A stretch of DNA of 64,000 bases, taken from the NCBI GenBank assembly GCA_963805085.1, contig CAWDTA010000002.1, forward strand, positions 608,001 to 672,000, read 5' to 3'. A program made the translations under genes and the position numbers. Source of the DNA: an uncultured Veillonellaceae bacterium. Its GTDB lineage: Bacteria > Bacillota > Negativicutes > JARBTT01. Each line of letters opens with the position of its first letter. Within the stretch, counting starts at the first letter, position 1. The notes beneath the pieces are model-generated. The model was not told the origin of the DNA. It searched no databases and saw only the letters and a list, made by a program, of their open reading frames with translations. Shown here piece after piece: positions 15,593 through 26,330 of this stretch.

Positions 15593-17617
15593 TTAAGCTT
15601 TAAACTTTCTTACCCCAGCCTGTAAATCACCAGCTAAATTAGCTAAATTTTGACTCGCGGAAGCAATTTCCTGCATGGATGCAGATTGCTCTTCAGTAGC
15701 TGCCGATACGGACTGTGCTTCATCGGAATTTGATTTACTTACCTTATCAATTTCTTCAATTGCCGATAACATTGTGGTACTGCCATCTGCCATCTTATGA
15801 ATTGAATCAGAAACGACGACAAATTCACGCGAAAGATTTTCAATAGATCCGACGATTGATTTAAAAATTTCATCTGCTGAATTGACAGCCACTATTCCGA
15901 CTTGTACACTTTCTGCACCAGATTTACTTGCCTCAACTGCATTTTCCATATCCAGCTGGTTTTTCTTCACCAATTCAGTAATTTTTTGCGAAGACCTATT
16001 TGACTCTTCCGCAAGTTTTCTAACTTCCTCTGCAACAACAGCAAAGCCACGCCCAGCTTCGCCGGCACGTGCCGCTTCAATCGCTGCATTAAGCGCCAAT
16101 AAATTCGTTTGTCCCGCAATGCTCGAAATCAGTTCAACAATATTACCAATTTCTGCGGAACCTTTTGCCAGTTCAGAAATGGAATACTGAATGGTTTCTG
16201 TACCATTATGAATATGATTCATTTGGTCAACGACTTTTGCAATTGATGTTCGCCCTGATTCAGCTTGGTTTGTTGTTTCTTTTGCAACACCAACAATCAT
16301 TTTTGTCTTTTCTGACATATCCACTGCATGATTTGCTATATCTCTGGTAATTGCATTTACTTTCTCAGCCGAATCTGATTGCTTTTCAACACCATCTGCA
16401 ATCTCAGTAATCGAAATAGCTACTTGATTTGATGCTTCCGCCGACTGCTGAGCTGCTGCCGTCAGCTCTTCACTAGCAGCAGCTACCTGCTCGGATTGTG
16501 ACTGTACTTTACGAACTAAATTTCGCAATGTATTTCGCATCATATTAAAGCCTTGTGATAATTGACCAATTTCATCCTCTGTATTAATTTTAATATCAGA
16601 TTGTGTTAAATCTCCTTGATTCAAAGTCATACACTCATTACGAATGATTTCAATTGGATTCGATATTCGTTTTGAAAAATAATATATTACAAAAATAGCA
16701 ATTAGTACTGCTACAGTTGAAACAAAAAGCATCATCTTCAATAATGCATTGGCTTCTGCGTTGACTTCTACTTTTGGTGCAGCAACAATAACCGCCCATT
16801 GACGCCCCTCAAGAGAAATCGGACTAATTACACCTACCATATCCACATTGTCTGGCGTTTTATAGCTTAAAGCTGCTTGCTGCTTGGACTCAATCGCTTT
16901 TTTAAAACTCTCTATGATCTGGTCATCTACTTCACCCGGAACTCCATCGGTAGTTTTCTTGGTCAAATTCATCTTGCCGACAACTTCGGTGTGCTGCCCA
17001 AAGCCAAGAACCAATCCTGTTTCATCCGCCAAATAAGCATAACCAGTTTCTTTAAACTTGATTTTCCCCATCATTTCCGATAAATTATCTAAATTGACTG
17101 TAGCAAAAACAGCACCAATAATTTTGCCATGATCAAACACTGGTCTTGTTAAAGATGTTATTAACTTACCTGTCGTTCCTGACACTGACGGATCTGAAAT
17201 ATATGGTTTTTGTGTCGTTTTTACCTTTGTCAGATAAGCCGGTTCCTTACGATCACCTGGCTTGAAAACTTTCCCTGAACTGTTAACAACAGCTTCATTC
17301 ATATCACAAAAACCAACTATATCAAAGCCCGGGCTACGCTTTTTTAAATCAGCTAGCAATTGTATGCGTTTTGCATTATCACCATGGATCAATTCTTCAT
17401 TTGAGACTACTTCGTCTAAGCGAATCATTTTTTCATCCATTGATTTATCAATTTCAGCTGCAATCTGCCTACCAACGCCACGGGCAATCGTGTCCGCATC
17501 TTTTAACAATGTTTGATTTGCCGCATAATGCGTAATTGCTAGCAAAATTCCAAAACTTATAATAAACAAAGGTAATAAAACAACTATGATTTTAGTTCGA
17601 ATACTTTTAAACTTCAC
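15593..17617 (-). CDS. Methyl-accepting chemotaxis protein (dCache-HAMP-MA)
   Basis: Two TMs, Cache domain, [48 protein letters not shown]. Confidence 0.97.
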   Translation of the reverse strand: MKFKSIRTKIIVVLLPLFIISFGILLAITHYAANQTLLKDADTIARGVGRQIAAEIDKSMDEKMIRLDEVVSNEELIHGDNAKRIQLLADLKKRSPGFDIVGFCDMNEAVVNSSGKVFKPGDRKEPAYLTKVKTTQKPYISDPSVSGTTGKLITSLTRPVFDHGKIIGAVFATVNLDNLSEMMGKIKFKETGYAYLADETGLVLGFGQHTEVVGKMNLTKKTTDGVPGEVDDQIIESFKKAIESKQQAALSYKTPDNVDMVGVISPISLEGRQWAVIVAAPKVEVNAEANALLKMMLFVSTVAVLIAIFVIYYFSKRISNPIEIIRNECMTLNQGDLTQSDIKINTEDEIGQLSQGFNMMRNTLRNLVRKVQSQSEQVAAASEELTAAAQQSAEASNQVAISITEIADGVEKQSDSAEKVNAITRDIANHAVDMSEKTKMIVGVAKETTNQAESGRTSIAKVVDQMNHIHNGTETIQYSISELAKGSAEIGNIVELISSIAGQTNLLALNAAIEAARAGEAGRGFAVVAEEVRKLAEESNRSSQKITELVKKNQLDMENAVEASKSGAESVQVGIVAVNSADEIFKSIVGSIENLSREFVVVSDSIHKMADGSTTMLSAIEEIDKVSKSNSDEAQSVSAATEEQSASMQEIASASQNLANLAGDLQAGVRKFKA

Positions 17618-18177
17618 TTTATCTCCTCCTCGTATAATAAGTTTTGTAAGTAATACTCCGCTATTGTTTACAAATTAAATCTAAATTTTGCAATTTTTTT
17701 CGCACAACTAAGTAATCTCTTGTGTTACCTGTATTCTACTATATATAATTTTTTTTAATATTGTTTTGTTGTTATCTTATCATAATGTTTATTTATGTTT
17801 ATACTTTCTTGCAGTATTTTCTTATGTCGGCACTAGAAGTTATGGTATCATAGCTTATCCTTTTTCTATCTAACTATTTATAAATCAAATAAAGCACTCA
17901 CAAAATTATGAGTGCTTCTGAACTTGATCAGTACTTACTAATTTAAAAGACTATTTCTATTTTGAAATAGTCTTTTACTAGAATTTGCTACCTTATTTAA
18001 CTTTCGTTAATCAGTTTGTTCTCTTTGTATAATTTACATCTAATTCACTTGGAGCGCAGTTAATTACATCATTATTATTTGCACCACACTCTTCTAAATA
18101 AGTAATTGTTGCAAACTCGTCAACAACCATTTATTGAATGGATTAAAGACTGTGTGAAATATATCAATACGAAATAA

Positions 18178-18216
18178 AGCAAGTAGCTGTTACAAAAAAA
18201 GTAACAGCTACTTGCT
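18178..18216. terminator. Terminator hairpin after murQ
   Basis: agcaagtagctgttac-aaaaaaa-gtaacagctacttgct perfect 16-bp stem. Confidence 0.8.
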
Positions 18217-18223
18217 GAGAACC

Positions 18224-19147
18224 TCATTTTAAGGCTGGTTTCACGCTTAATGCCTTACGAATAACCCCATGGGCTTTTTTTAACCGCATCTTAGCTTCTT
18301 CCAGCGTACATGCTTTTTTTATCATAACAATTGCCAGCTTAGGGCTATAGTTAGCCTGTTCCAGAAATTCCTTTGCCATCTCTATGGAAAGTCCGGTAGC
18401 CTGGGCAACAATTCCTTTGGCCCGTTCCAAAAGTTTCACATTGCTGGCCTTCACGTCCACCATCAAATTTCCATACACTTTTCCAATCTGGATCATCGCA
18501 GCCGTCGTAATCATATTCAGTACTAGTTTTTGGGCCGTACCGGCTTTCATGCGGGTAGAACCGGATATAGCCTCCGGACCGACGACTGGTGTGATCGCAA
18601 TTTGGGCTAAATCGCCAATGACCGAATTGGGTGAACAACTAATCGCCATGGTAGTCGCACCAAGATCGTTTGCATACTTAAGTCCGCCCACAACATAGGG
18701 AGTACGTCCACTGGCAGCAATACCGATCAAAACATCGGACACTGACAAACCGATATTTTGCAATTGTCTAATCGCTTCTTCTTCGTCATCTTCAGCACCT
18801 TCGATAGCACTGCGCAAAGCAAGATCACCACCGGCGATCAGACCGACAACGACACTGTCATCAACGCCAAAGGTTGGCGGACATTCAGAAGCATCCAACA
18901 CTCCCAGCCGGCCGCTTGTCCCTGCACCTATGTACACCAGCCGCCCTCCCTGCCGCAGTGCTTCAACTACTTTATCGACAGCTAATGCAACATTGGGTAA
19001 CTCCTTCTCCACAGCATATGCCACTGTCTTATCCTCATCGTTAAGCAACTGTAGCATTTCCACAGTACTTAACTGATCGATATTTCCCGTTTTAGGATTT
19101 CTTTGTTCTGTCATCAAACTCTCTATATCTACTATCAAACTATCCAC
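18224..19147 (-). CDS. murQ: N-acetylmuramic acid 6-phosphate etherase
   Basis: TEQRNP, GAGTSGRLGVLDASECPPTFG, GSTRMKAGTAQK. Confidence 0.97.
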   Translation of the reverse strand: MDSLIVDIESLMTEQRNPKTGNIDQLSTVEMLQLLNDEDKTVAYAVEKELPNVALAVDKVVEALRQGGRLVYIGAGTSGRLGVLDASECPPTFGVDDSVVVGLIAGGDLALRSAIEGAEDDEEEAIRQLQNIGLSVSDVLIGIAASGRTPYVVGGLKYANDLGATTMAISCSPNSVIGDLAQIAITPVVGPEAISGSTRMKAGTAQKLVLNMITTAAMIQIGKVYGNLMVDVKASNVKLLERAKGIVAQATGLSIEMAKEFLEQANYSPKLAIVMIKKACTLEEAKMRLKKAHGVIRKALSVKPALK

Positions 19148-19299
19148 CTCATTAATATTTTGTATCCCTTACCGCTATAACTGAATTACCTTTTCATTAA
19201 ATTACAGTATTCACATATTCTCCAATTTAAAATGTTCTTAACTAACGATTTACGTAAAAAGACTTGGCATAGTACACGTCAATTTTTTTTCGTATTTGT

Positions 19300-20208
19300 T
19301 CACTTCAATGCTTGCAATGCCAGTATTACCGCGCCCGATACAGGTTCAGCCTCAGAACACCTGATATCCACTTTATCTTGCAGCTTAGCAATAACTCGCT
19401 CTCCTACCTGTGGAATCTTTTGCAAAATACTTCCAAACAATACAACTTTTATCTTCGGAGCAGCAACAAATCCTCTGGCTATAACGGATTCAATCAAAGC
19501 AATTATTTTGTCCGCTGCATCCTTTAAAATGGCAATAGCTACCACGTCACCATTCGTTGCAGCGTTAACCACTACTTTGCTGAGTACGGCTACCTGCTTT
19601 TTAGTTGTTTTGGGATGATATATGAAAGTAATTAAATCATCAAAGGATGCGATTTGCAAGAACGTGAAGATGCCAGCTAACAATACAGTAGATTGCTCCA
19701 TACCTTCTGCTGCTTTAATACCTCGCACTAGAGCTTGCCGAGCAATGTAGTAGCCACTTCCTTCATCGCTGACTACATGTCCCCAGCCACCAGCCCGAAA
19801 ATATTCGCCCTGTGCATTTACCCCATAAACAATAGAACCTGTACCAGAAATAGCCACAATACCTTCCCTTTTGCCAATTCCAGCAACCAAAGCAATCTCC
19901 GCATCATTATAGAGGCTATAACGTCCTTTTAATCCCAAATCATCCAGAGCCATGCCAATACTCACCTTATCTTGCTGTCGGTCGACACCTGCCAGCCCTA
20001 AAGAAATGAACCGTAAATCACTACGTTCCAGACCAGTGGTCGCAAATTCATCCAACATGTCGCTGATAAGTTGACCAAATTTAACTATACCAATAACATG
20101 ATGGTTCGAGGCTCCTCTTTCCACCTTCACTAGGATTTTACCATTCCGATCCGCAGCCCAACCGTTGGTCTTGCTGCCACCTCCATCAATCCCTAATACC
20201 CATTCCAT
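19300..20208 (-). CDS. BadF/BadG-family N-acetylglucosamine/MurNAc kinase (MurK-like)
   Basis: GIDGGGSKT, ISGTGS, GGWGHVVSDEGSGY. Confidence 0.85.
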   Translation of the reverse strand: MEWVLGIDGGGSKTNGWAADRNGKILVKVERGASNHHVIGIVKFGQLISDMLDEFATTGLERSDLRFISLGLAGVDRQQDKVSIGMALDDLGLKGRYSLYNDAEIALVAGIGKREGIVAISGTGSIVYGVNAQGEYFRAGGWGHVVSDEGSGYYIARQALVRGIKAAEGMEQSTVLLAGIFTFLQIASFDDLITFIYHPKTTKKQVAVLSKVVVNAATNGDVVAIAILKDAADKIIALIESVIARGFVAAPKIKVVLFGSILQKIPQVGERVIAKLQDKVDIRCSEAEPVSGAVILALQALK

Positions 20209-20345
20209 TGTTTATAAAATCCCTCCTATCATGTCGCTGCTCATTTTAATGACGTCTAGATGATTTGTATAATTAGTTCACTTTAATATTTACCCTAGAT
20301 TATATTCTTATAAATCTCTTAGAAACCGTCTGCCAATACTAAATA

Positions 20346-21440
20346 TTACTTTGCTGAAACCAATATATCTTTGAAGCAAAATGAGCAGCCGGGCTGAATG
20401 TACTCCAACAGAAATAATTCCTCCTTGATTACTTGAGCCACTACATTGGTTCTCGCGTCAATCGGCAATTCGTGACATACCACTTGTAATTCACCCATGT
20501 AACGGAGATACTCGACATTATCAATGGTCACCGCACCACAGGGCCGGGGTAAAGGTAACTGTTTCATAATAGTCTCACGACATAAACTTCGAGCTTCTTG
20601 GGAACGAATAACATGTTCACCCGGATCATTACGATTGGTATGTCTGCCTAAAAGTATAGCTCTTTCCATGCTGCTGATGCCAGGTTTGGTTTCAACCGCA
20701 AGTTCAATACAGCTTTCATCCAAGGCAGCCACTCCGGACAGCTCTTCAAGGGATGCAAACGGATCACCGAAAATTACTGCATCAACCAGTTTGCTGGCAA
20801 ATAAATGTTTTGTCGCAGTAACCGGATTCATATGTCGATGTTGCTCTAGAGACGGCACCCCCTCATATATCGGTCCCCGGGGATTGTTATGTGAAGCAAT
20901 AAAAGCCGCTACCGGTATACCATAACTGCGAAAAAGCTGTGACCGCTCGGCAAAAAGGCGGTACGACAATCCGGTTTCCGGACGAGGATAATAGTTGTGA
21001 CAAGCGCGCAAACGAGCGGGATCAATTCCCTCACCCAAAATAGTATTAAGTATTTTCTGGTCAATTGTGCTGGCGTTCAGTTCAATGTCAAATTCGCTTT
21101 CTTTAACCAATCGAGCGGTTTCGTGAAGGTTAAACCCAAAATCCAGACGCAGCGTGTCAATACCGAGTTTGCATAAATCATCGATATTCCCCTGCGTTAT
21201 TCCTAATAATTCAAATGAAGCTGGAGAAATGTCGGCAGTTATGTAAAAGCCTAACTGCCTTGCATATTTGACCATATTCGTGAATTCATTCAAAATCTTT
21301 TGACTATCAGCCTCGGGAATATGTAAGGAAGTAAAGATCCGTGAATAACCATATTGGTGTGCAGTAAACAAGTATTCTCGAATAGCATCTTCCTTGTACC
21401 CCATGCCGACATAGACCGATATACCTCTTTCCATCGACAT
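20346..21440 (-). CDS. mupG: 6-phospho-N-acetylmuramidase (DUF871)
   Basis: IFTSLHIPE, LRLDFG, ELNAST, CHNYYPRPETGL, YMGELQ. Confidence 0.9.
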   Translation of the reverse strand: MSMERGISVYVGMGYKEDAIREYLFTAHQYGYSRIFTSLHIPEADSQKILNEFTNMVKYARQLGFYITADISPASFELLGITQGNIDDLCKLGIDTLRLDFGFNLHETARLVKESEFDIELNASTIDQKILNTILGEGIDPARLRACHNYYPRPETGLSYRLFAERSQLFRSYGIPVAAFIASHNNPRGPIYEGVPSLEQHRHMNPVTATKHLFASKLVDAVIFGDPFASLEELSGVAALDESCIELAVETKPGISSMERAILLGRHTNRNDPGEHVIRSQEARSLCRETIMKQLPLPRPCGAVTIDNVEYLRYMGELQVVCHELPIDARTNVVAQVIKEELFLLEYIQPGCSFCFKDILVSAK

Positions 21441-21460
21441 CAATTCATACCTCCTATTTA

Positions 21461-22798
21461 TTATTCTTCATTTTTAGGATCATCAAAGCCTACAAACCAA
21501 GTAATCGCGAACCCTGCGACATAAGCAATAAACAGACCGATTAGATAATACATAACGCCACCGGGCTTAATTAAAAATGCTAATGACAGCCCGGAGACAC
21601 CTAATGCGATAGACTTAACCTGCATTAACGCCTGAAACGCACCGCCAAATCCGGCGCCTATGCAGGCTGTTATGAAAGGGCGTCCCAGCGGCAAAGTTAC
21701 ACCAAAAATGAGCGGTTCACCTATACCTAGAAAGCCTACCGGCAATGCTCCTTTTATTAATTCCTTAAGTTTTTTATTTTTGGTTTTAAAATAAACAGCA
21801 ATTGTGGCTCCTACTTGACCGCCACCTGCCATGGCCAATATAGGTAAAAGCGGATTTTCCTTCAATGTATTTAACAGTTCCATGTGGACAGGCGTTAATC
21901 CTTGATGCAGGCCGGTCATAACTACAGGCAAAAAGGTACCGGCTAAAACAAAACCAGCAAGAAGGCCACCCGAACTTATCATAAATTTAAAAAACCCTAT
22001 AATGCCATCCGATAGATATCCGCCTATCGGTTGTAAGATATAGTATGTAGCAAATCCTGTAACAAGTAAAGTTAAGGTCGGAGTTACGATGATGTCAATC
22101 GCAGTCGGAACAAATTTACGCAACCGTTTTTCCACAACGCTCATAAACCAAGCCACCAGCAGTACGCCAACTAGACCACCACGTCCTGGAACCAACGCCA
22201 TTCCACTAATTTTTATGGTAGCAATCGCCGGATTGATAATCAAAACACCAGCTAAGCCCCCCATAGCAGGCGACCCGCCAAATTCCTTTGCTGCATTTAT
22301 ACCGACAAAAACGCCTAGATAGGAAAAAATACCCCAGCCAATTACATTTAGTATGGAGATCAATGCCCCCTGAGGATCAGCGCCGCAGCGAATTGCCACA
22401 TTCGTTATGCCGGCGACCATGCCGGAACCAACAATAGCTGGCATCAGCGGTACAAAAATACTAGATAATTTCTGTAAAAATAATTTGAAGGGAGTACGGT
22501 TTTTATCCTTATATGCGGCTTTAAGATCATTAACTTCTCCCATCGCTAGATTAGTCAAATCGCTAAACTCTGCAGCTACCTTATTTACTACACCTGGTCC
22601 GAGAATGATTTGAAGTTGCCCTGCTTGTTCCAAAGTGCCCAAAACTCCAGAGATTTGTTTGAGCTTAGTAATATCAACCTTTTCCAAAGAACTGATTGTC
22701 AGCCTTAGTCTGGTCATACAATGCGTTGCAGCGGCAATATTCTCTGTTCCTCCAACGGTATTAATTATTTGTTGAGCCAAATCTCGTTCCTTTGCCAT
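21461..22798 (-). CDS. murP: PTS EIIBC, MurNAc / MurNAc-GlcNAc specific
   Basis: HCMTRLR EIIB, GLHQG, GIGEPLIFGVTLP; context with mupG and murQ. Confidence 0.88.
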   Translation of the reverse strand: MAKERDLAQQIINTVGGTENIAAATHCMTRLRLTISSLEKVDITKLKQISGVLGTLEQAGQLQIILGPGVVNKVAAEFSDLTNLAMGEVNDLKAAYKDKNRTPFKLFLQKLSSIFVPLMPAIVGSGMVAGITNVAIRCGADPQGALISILNVIGWGIFSYLGVFVGINAAKEFGGSPAMGGLAGVLIINPAIATIKISGMALVPGRGGLVGVLLVAWFMSVVEKRLRKFVPTAIDIIVTPTLTLLVTGFATYYILQPIGGYLSDGIIGFFKFMISSGGLLAGFVLAGTFLPVVMTGLHQGLTPVHMELLNTLKENPLLPILAMAGGGQVGATIAVYFKTKNKKLKELIKGALPVGFLGIGEPLIFGVTLPLGRPFITACIGAGFGGAFQALMQVKSIALGVSGLSLAFLIKPGGVMYYLIGLFIAYVAGFAITWFVGFDDPKNEE

Positions 22799-22876
22799 TA
22801 TTCTACCCCCATAAAATTCTAATTAAGATCATACATTTACTAATTTTTTAGAATGGATGAGTTTTGCAACAAACTC

Positions 22877-24109
22877 CTAGAAGGAAATCGTTACATCCCA
22901 TCCATATTTTTTAGCTCTTTCATCCGTAACTAGGTTTTTGTAATCACCATACCAAGTTTCTGTATAAAGCGTAGGATTAATATGATGAACAACGATAGCA
23001 CGATACCCTTTATAACCTTGCTTACCACCAAGTGTACCATATTCATTACCCCACCAACTCAAATGGTCACCATTTTCCGCTGGAAGATTTAGATTACCTT
23101 CTTGTTTCCAATACTGAAGAATGATCTCATCTTTTTTAATCGTTTTCCATAATTGAAGTTTGTACATTTTATTATTGTCATCCGCTTCAGTATTTTCAGC
23201 ATAACCACCTGAAATATTCAAGCCATCAGGGAGCGTATAGCCAACAGTTACCAGAGGAATTTTAGTTGATTTATTCTTGTCTATAATAGCATTTTTACCT
23301 GTCATATAATGAACCCCCAAATCAATGCTACCAAATTTTCCTCCAATCGTACCATAGGCAATCGTACTATCAATATTACCTTCGTAACGACCAAGCAAGC
23401 CAAAGAAAGTAAGTTTATCGGACAACTTCGTTGTAATATCGCCGCCCCTTACAGTATCATCCATCAACATACCATTCGCTAACCAATACACTTTTTTACC
23501 AATATTAATTGTAGTCTTTGGTGAGACTTTGTAAGTAAAGAAATTCTGCCGGGTTCTCCACGTAGTATCTTTTGTACCACTAGCAGTATCTAAATAATCT
23601 TTATTTTTTAGCTCGTAAAGAACACTCAGCTTATCATTGATTGGTTTTTGTGCACGTATACGAACTTGCACATTATATTCATGCAGCTCCTTATTTCCAT
23701 AGGAATGACCATATGTATTTTCAGTTTGAGCCCACCCATTTATTTTCCAGTCGCTAACACCGGCCGTTTTCTTTTCCAGATTATCCATGCGAACCCCAAG
23801 GCTTTGCAGTTCGTCTTTGTATTCAATTGCTAATTTATCAATAACAGCTTTTTGCTCCGCATTTGCTTTATTCGATCTATAGATCGCTTTTCCTACTAGT
23901 TGGGCCATTTCATAACGAGTAATGCTCTTATCGCCTTTAAAAGTACCATCACTATAACCGTCAATGAGACTTGCCTCTGCTAAATTTTTCACTGCAGCAT
24001 ATGACCAATCATTTGGAGAAACATCCGCAAAAGGATTAGGCGATGCAAATGCAGTCCCTACACTCAATACACAAGCTGCTACCACGCTGGCAATAATTTT
24101 TTTATTCAT
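22877..24109 (-). CDS. SLH-domain outer-membrane porin (OmpM-like)
   Basis: Signal peptide, SLH NPFADVSPNDWSY...ITRYEMAQ, C-terminal WDVTISF. Confidence 0.85.
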   Translation of the reverse strand: MNKKIIASVVAACVLSVGTAFASPNPFADVSPNDWSYAAVKNLAEASLIDGYSDGTFKGDKSITRYEMAQLVGKAIYRSNKANAEQKAVIDKLAIEYKDELQSLGVRMDNLEKKTAGVSDWKINGWAQTENTYGHSYGNKELHEYNVQVRIRAQKPINDKLSVLYELKNKDYLDTASGTKDTTWRTRQNFFTYKVSPKTTINIGKKVYWLANGMLMDDTVRGGDITTKLSDKLTFFGLLGRYEGNIDSTIAYGTIGGKFGSIDLGVHYMTGKNAIIDKNKSTKIPLVTVGYTLPDGLNISGGYAENTEADDNNKMYKLQLWKTIKKDEIILQYWKQEGNLNLPAENGDHLSWWGNEYGTLGGKQGYKGYRAIVVHHINPTLYTETWYGDYKNLVTDERAKKYGWDVTISF

Positions 24110-24532
24110 TCTCTTACTCTCCTCATTTGGATTTTCTGATCCTAAGCAGGTACATGGTTACTGGTCTTTTAGCTTAACCTCACTCATACTCTCACCACCT
24201 TTTTTGTCGGAATAAAGAGGCAGAATTTTACGAAAACTATTGGTATAATCTAGTAAAAGGATATGGCTTATTGTGATTGCCTCCACTTGCCTATTAGATG
24301 GGCTTCTTATGGACACTTCGTCCTTTGGTACGATTGCTAAGTACGAAACAATTTATCACCTTCTTAGCAAACTTTAGGTTTTATAGAAAATCAATCTACC
24401 GTTTATTCCTTAAGTAACTTTAAGTTTAGCCATGCAAATAAAAAATTTAGTGAAGTTTGCCATTGGCAAGACTCAAGACTGTGCCTATTACTTTAAGCTC
24501 ATTAGCCGTCACTTTAGAGTCACCATGTTTTT

Positions 24533-24561
24533 ATTATATACTGCCGTCACCTAGCCGTCAA
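24533..24561 (-). promoter_or_regulatory. Sigma-70 promoter for the porin-mur operon, overlapped by TGACGGC direct repeats
   Basis: TTGACG-17 bp-TATAAT on minus; gccgtca at 24505, 24543 and 24554. Confidence 0.7.
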
Positions 24562-24626
24562 TATGTCATGATGAATTATTTTGCGATATATTAAAATTGT
24601 CATAATGACTACATGGAGGGATTGAA

Positions 24627-24803
24627 ATGCCGTCAAAATTGCCCAAATTTACACTTCGTATTAATCAGGAAAGTCTTGAAAAACTTCGATATATTGCTGA
24701 TAACAATTTTCGAACCGTTAATAAAGAATTAGAAATGCTCATCAAGACACATATTTCCGCATATGAAAAAGAACACGGCGTAATAAATGTCGAAAATACA
24801 TAA
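24627..24803 (+). CDS. Arc-family ribbon-helix-helix DNA-binding protein (58 aa; not in the ORF track)
   Basis: MPSKLPKFTLRINQESLEKLRYIADNNFRTVNKELEMLIKTHISAYEKEHGVINVENT; RBS ggaggg. Confidence 0.85.
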   Translation: MPSKLPKFTLRINQESLEKLRYIADNNFRTVNKELEMLIKTHISAYEKEHGVINVENT

Positions 24804-24913
24804 TTCCAAAATTAATAGCAGAAAAGCCAATTCCCATCACGCAAAGGGAATTGGCTTTTTCACTATTATTAAATTTTCGTAGACAAAATAACTCCATAAA
24901 ATACTAAGATTCA

Positions 24914-24962
24914 CGGCTTTGCAAGTCGTGGGTCGAGTGTTCGAATCGCCCCAGGCGCACCA
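24914..24962 (+). other. Degenerate tRNA 3' half (att-like scar, Arg-like)
   Basis: acggc..aagtcgtgggtcgagtgttcgaatcgccccaggcgcacca; no 5' half; followed by aatggtcac repeats. Confidence 0.6.
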
Positions 24963-25348
24963 TATAAATCAATAGCGCATGGCAATGGTCACGAAATGGT
25001 CACAATAAATTATTATTGTGACCATTATTTTATGCAAAAAATTTTCCGAGGATTTCCTCAGAAACTCTTTATTATGAATTTTAGAAAAATCAATAATGCT
25101 CAAAAGTATACGTTTTGGTGCTACTGGCTATTTTTTATTATAAAGGCAGGAATTTATGTAAATCTATTGAATAAGTAGCTGTTAAGTTTAAAGAATCTAT
25201 TTTATATAAGTTCTTTTTCCTGTAATCTAACTTAGAAAGTGTTACAGACAAAATAGTGAAAAAACATCAAAAAAAAATATTGATAATTGTGATTTAATGT
25301 GAAAATAATGTTAATTGATTTTGATGCTTTTCGTATAGGGAGGAAAAT

Positions 25349-26173
25349 ATGATAGTAGAGCATCCTAATATAAAAAGTCCTTCGAGTAATATTCCATTAT
25401 GGCGTTACATGGATTTTTCTAAATTCGTCGCATTGTTAGAAAAAAAATCTTTATACTTTTGCAGAGGAGACATTTTAAAAAATATAGACCCTTACGAAGG
25501 CTCATATACGAAAAGCGAACTTGAATTTTTGGATACGCAGGCAATGCTGATTACCAAAGGTGATCCAAAAGAGCGATATGAAATGATGAGATATATCAAT
25601 CATGCTAGTCAAGAATATAGTTCAGGGACAACATTTATAAATTGCTGGCATGCGAATAGTCGTGAAAGTGTAGCTATGTGGCGAGTTTTTATATCTTCTA
25701 ATACTGGGATAGCTATAAAAACTGATTTTGATTCTCTAAAACAAAGCCTTATTTCAGCTAAACCAGAAATATTTGCATCGGTTATTCAATACATTGACCA
25801 TTATCACGACAATATTTCATATGAGGCTAATGTCTTACTTCCCATGACGCGTAAAAACTTAGCTTATGAATATGAACAAGAAGTTAGGTTGATGTTCATG
25901 TATTCTGACTCACCGCCAGAATATGAAGATACCATAATTAATGGTCAACACTCAGTGCATGCCTTACCATCTAAACTTCCTGGAATTGATATACCGATAA
26001 ACCTTGACGAACTCATTAAAGAAATTTATATTGACCCTAAAGCTGATCAATGGTTTGTTGAACTGGTGAAAGAGGTTTTTGAAACCTATAAGAAAAAGCA
26101 TGCCCTTAAAATAAAACCTTTTATTAGAAAATCAGAGTTATCCTATAATGGATTGCAATATGTTAAGCCTTAA
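25349..26173 (+). CDS. DUF2971-like protein
   Basis: LWRYMDFSKF, DPYEG, INCWH..ES.AMW.., K..AYEYEQEVR pattern. Confidence 0.7.
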   Translation: MIVEHPNIKSPSSNIPLWRYMDFSKFVALLEKKSLYFCRGDILKNIDPYEGSYTKSELEFLDTQAMLITKGDPKERYEMMRYINHASQEYSSGTTFINCWHANSRESVAMWRVFISSNTGIAIKTDFDSLKQSLISAKPEIFASVIQYIDHYHDNISYEANVLLPMTRKNLAYEYEQEVRLMFMYSDSPPEYEDTIINGQHSVHALPSKLPGIDIPINLDELIKEIYIDPKADQWFVELVKEVFETYKKKHALKIKPFIRKSELSYNGLQYVKP

Positions 26174-26330
26174 GCATTATAAATATAGATAGATTAGTCG
26201 GTTTTATAAATATTATAATACTTCCCGATTATAATATTTTCAGACAATTTCAGCATAGGTTACTTGAAAAAGAAAATAAGACGAGTTGCTATGAAAAGTA
26301 TAATTACTTATCGTAGCATTCGTAAGTACT

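Noticed and set aside
24110-24526. Riboswitch in the long porin leader
   Set aside because: No recognisable aptamer consensus by eye; an Rfam scan is needed.
24914-24962. Possible functional tRNA
   Set aside because: No 5' acceptor strand or D-arm and a mispaired T-stem; treated as an att scar.
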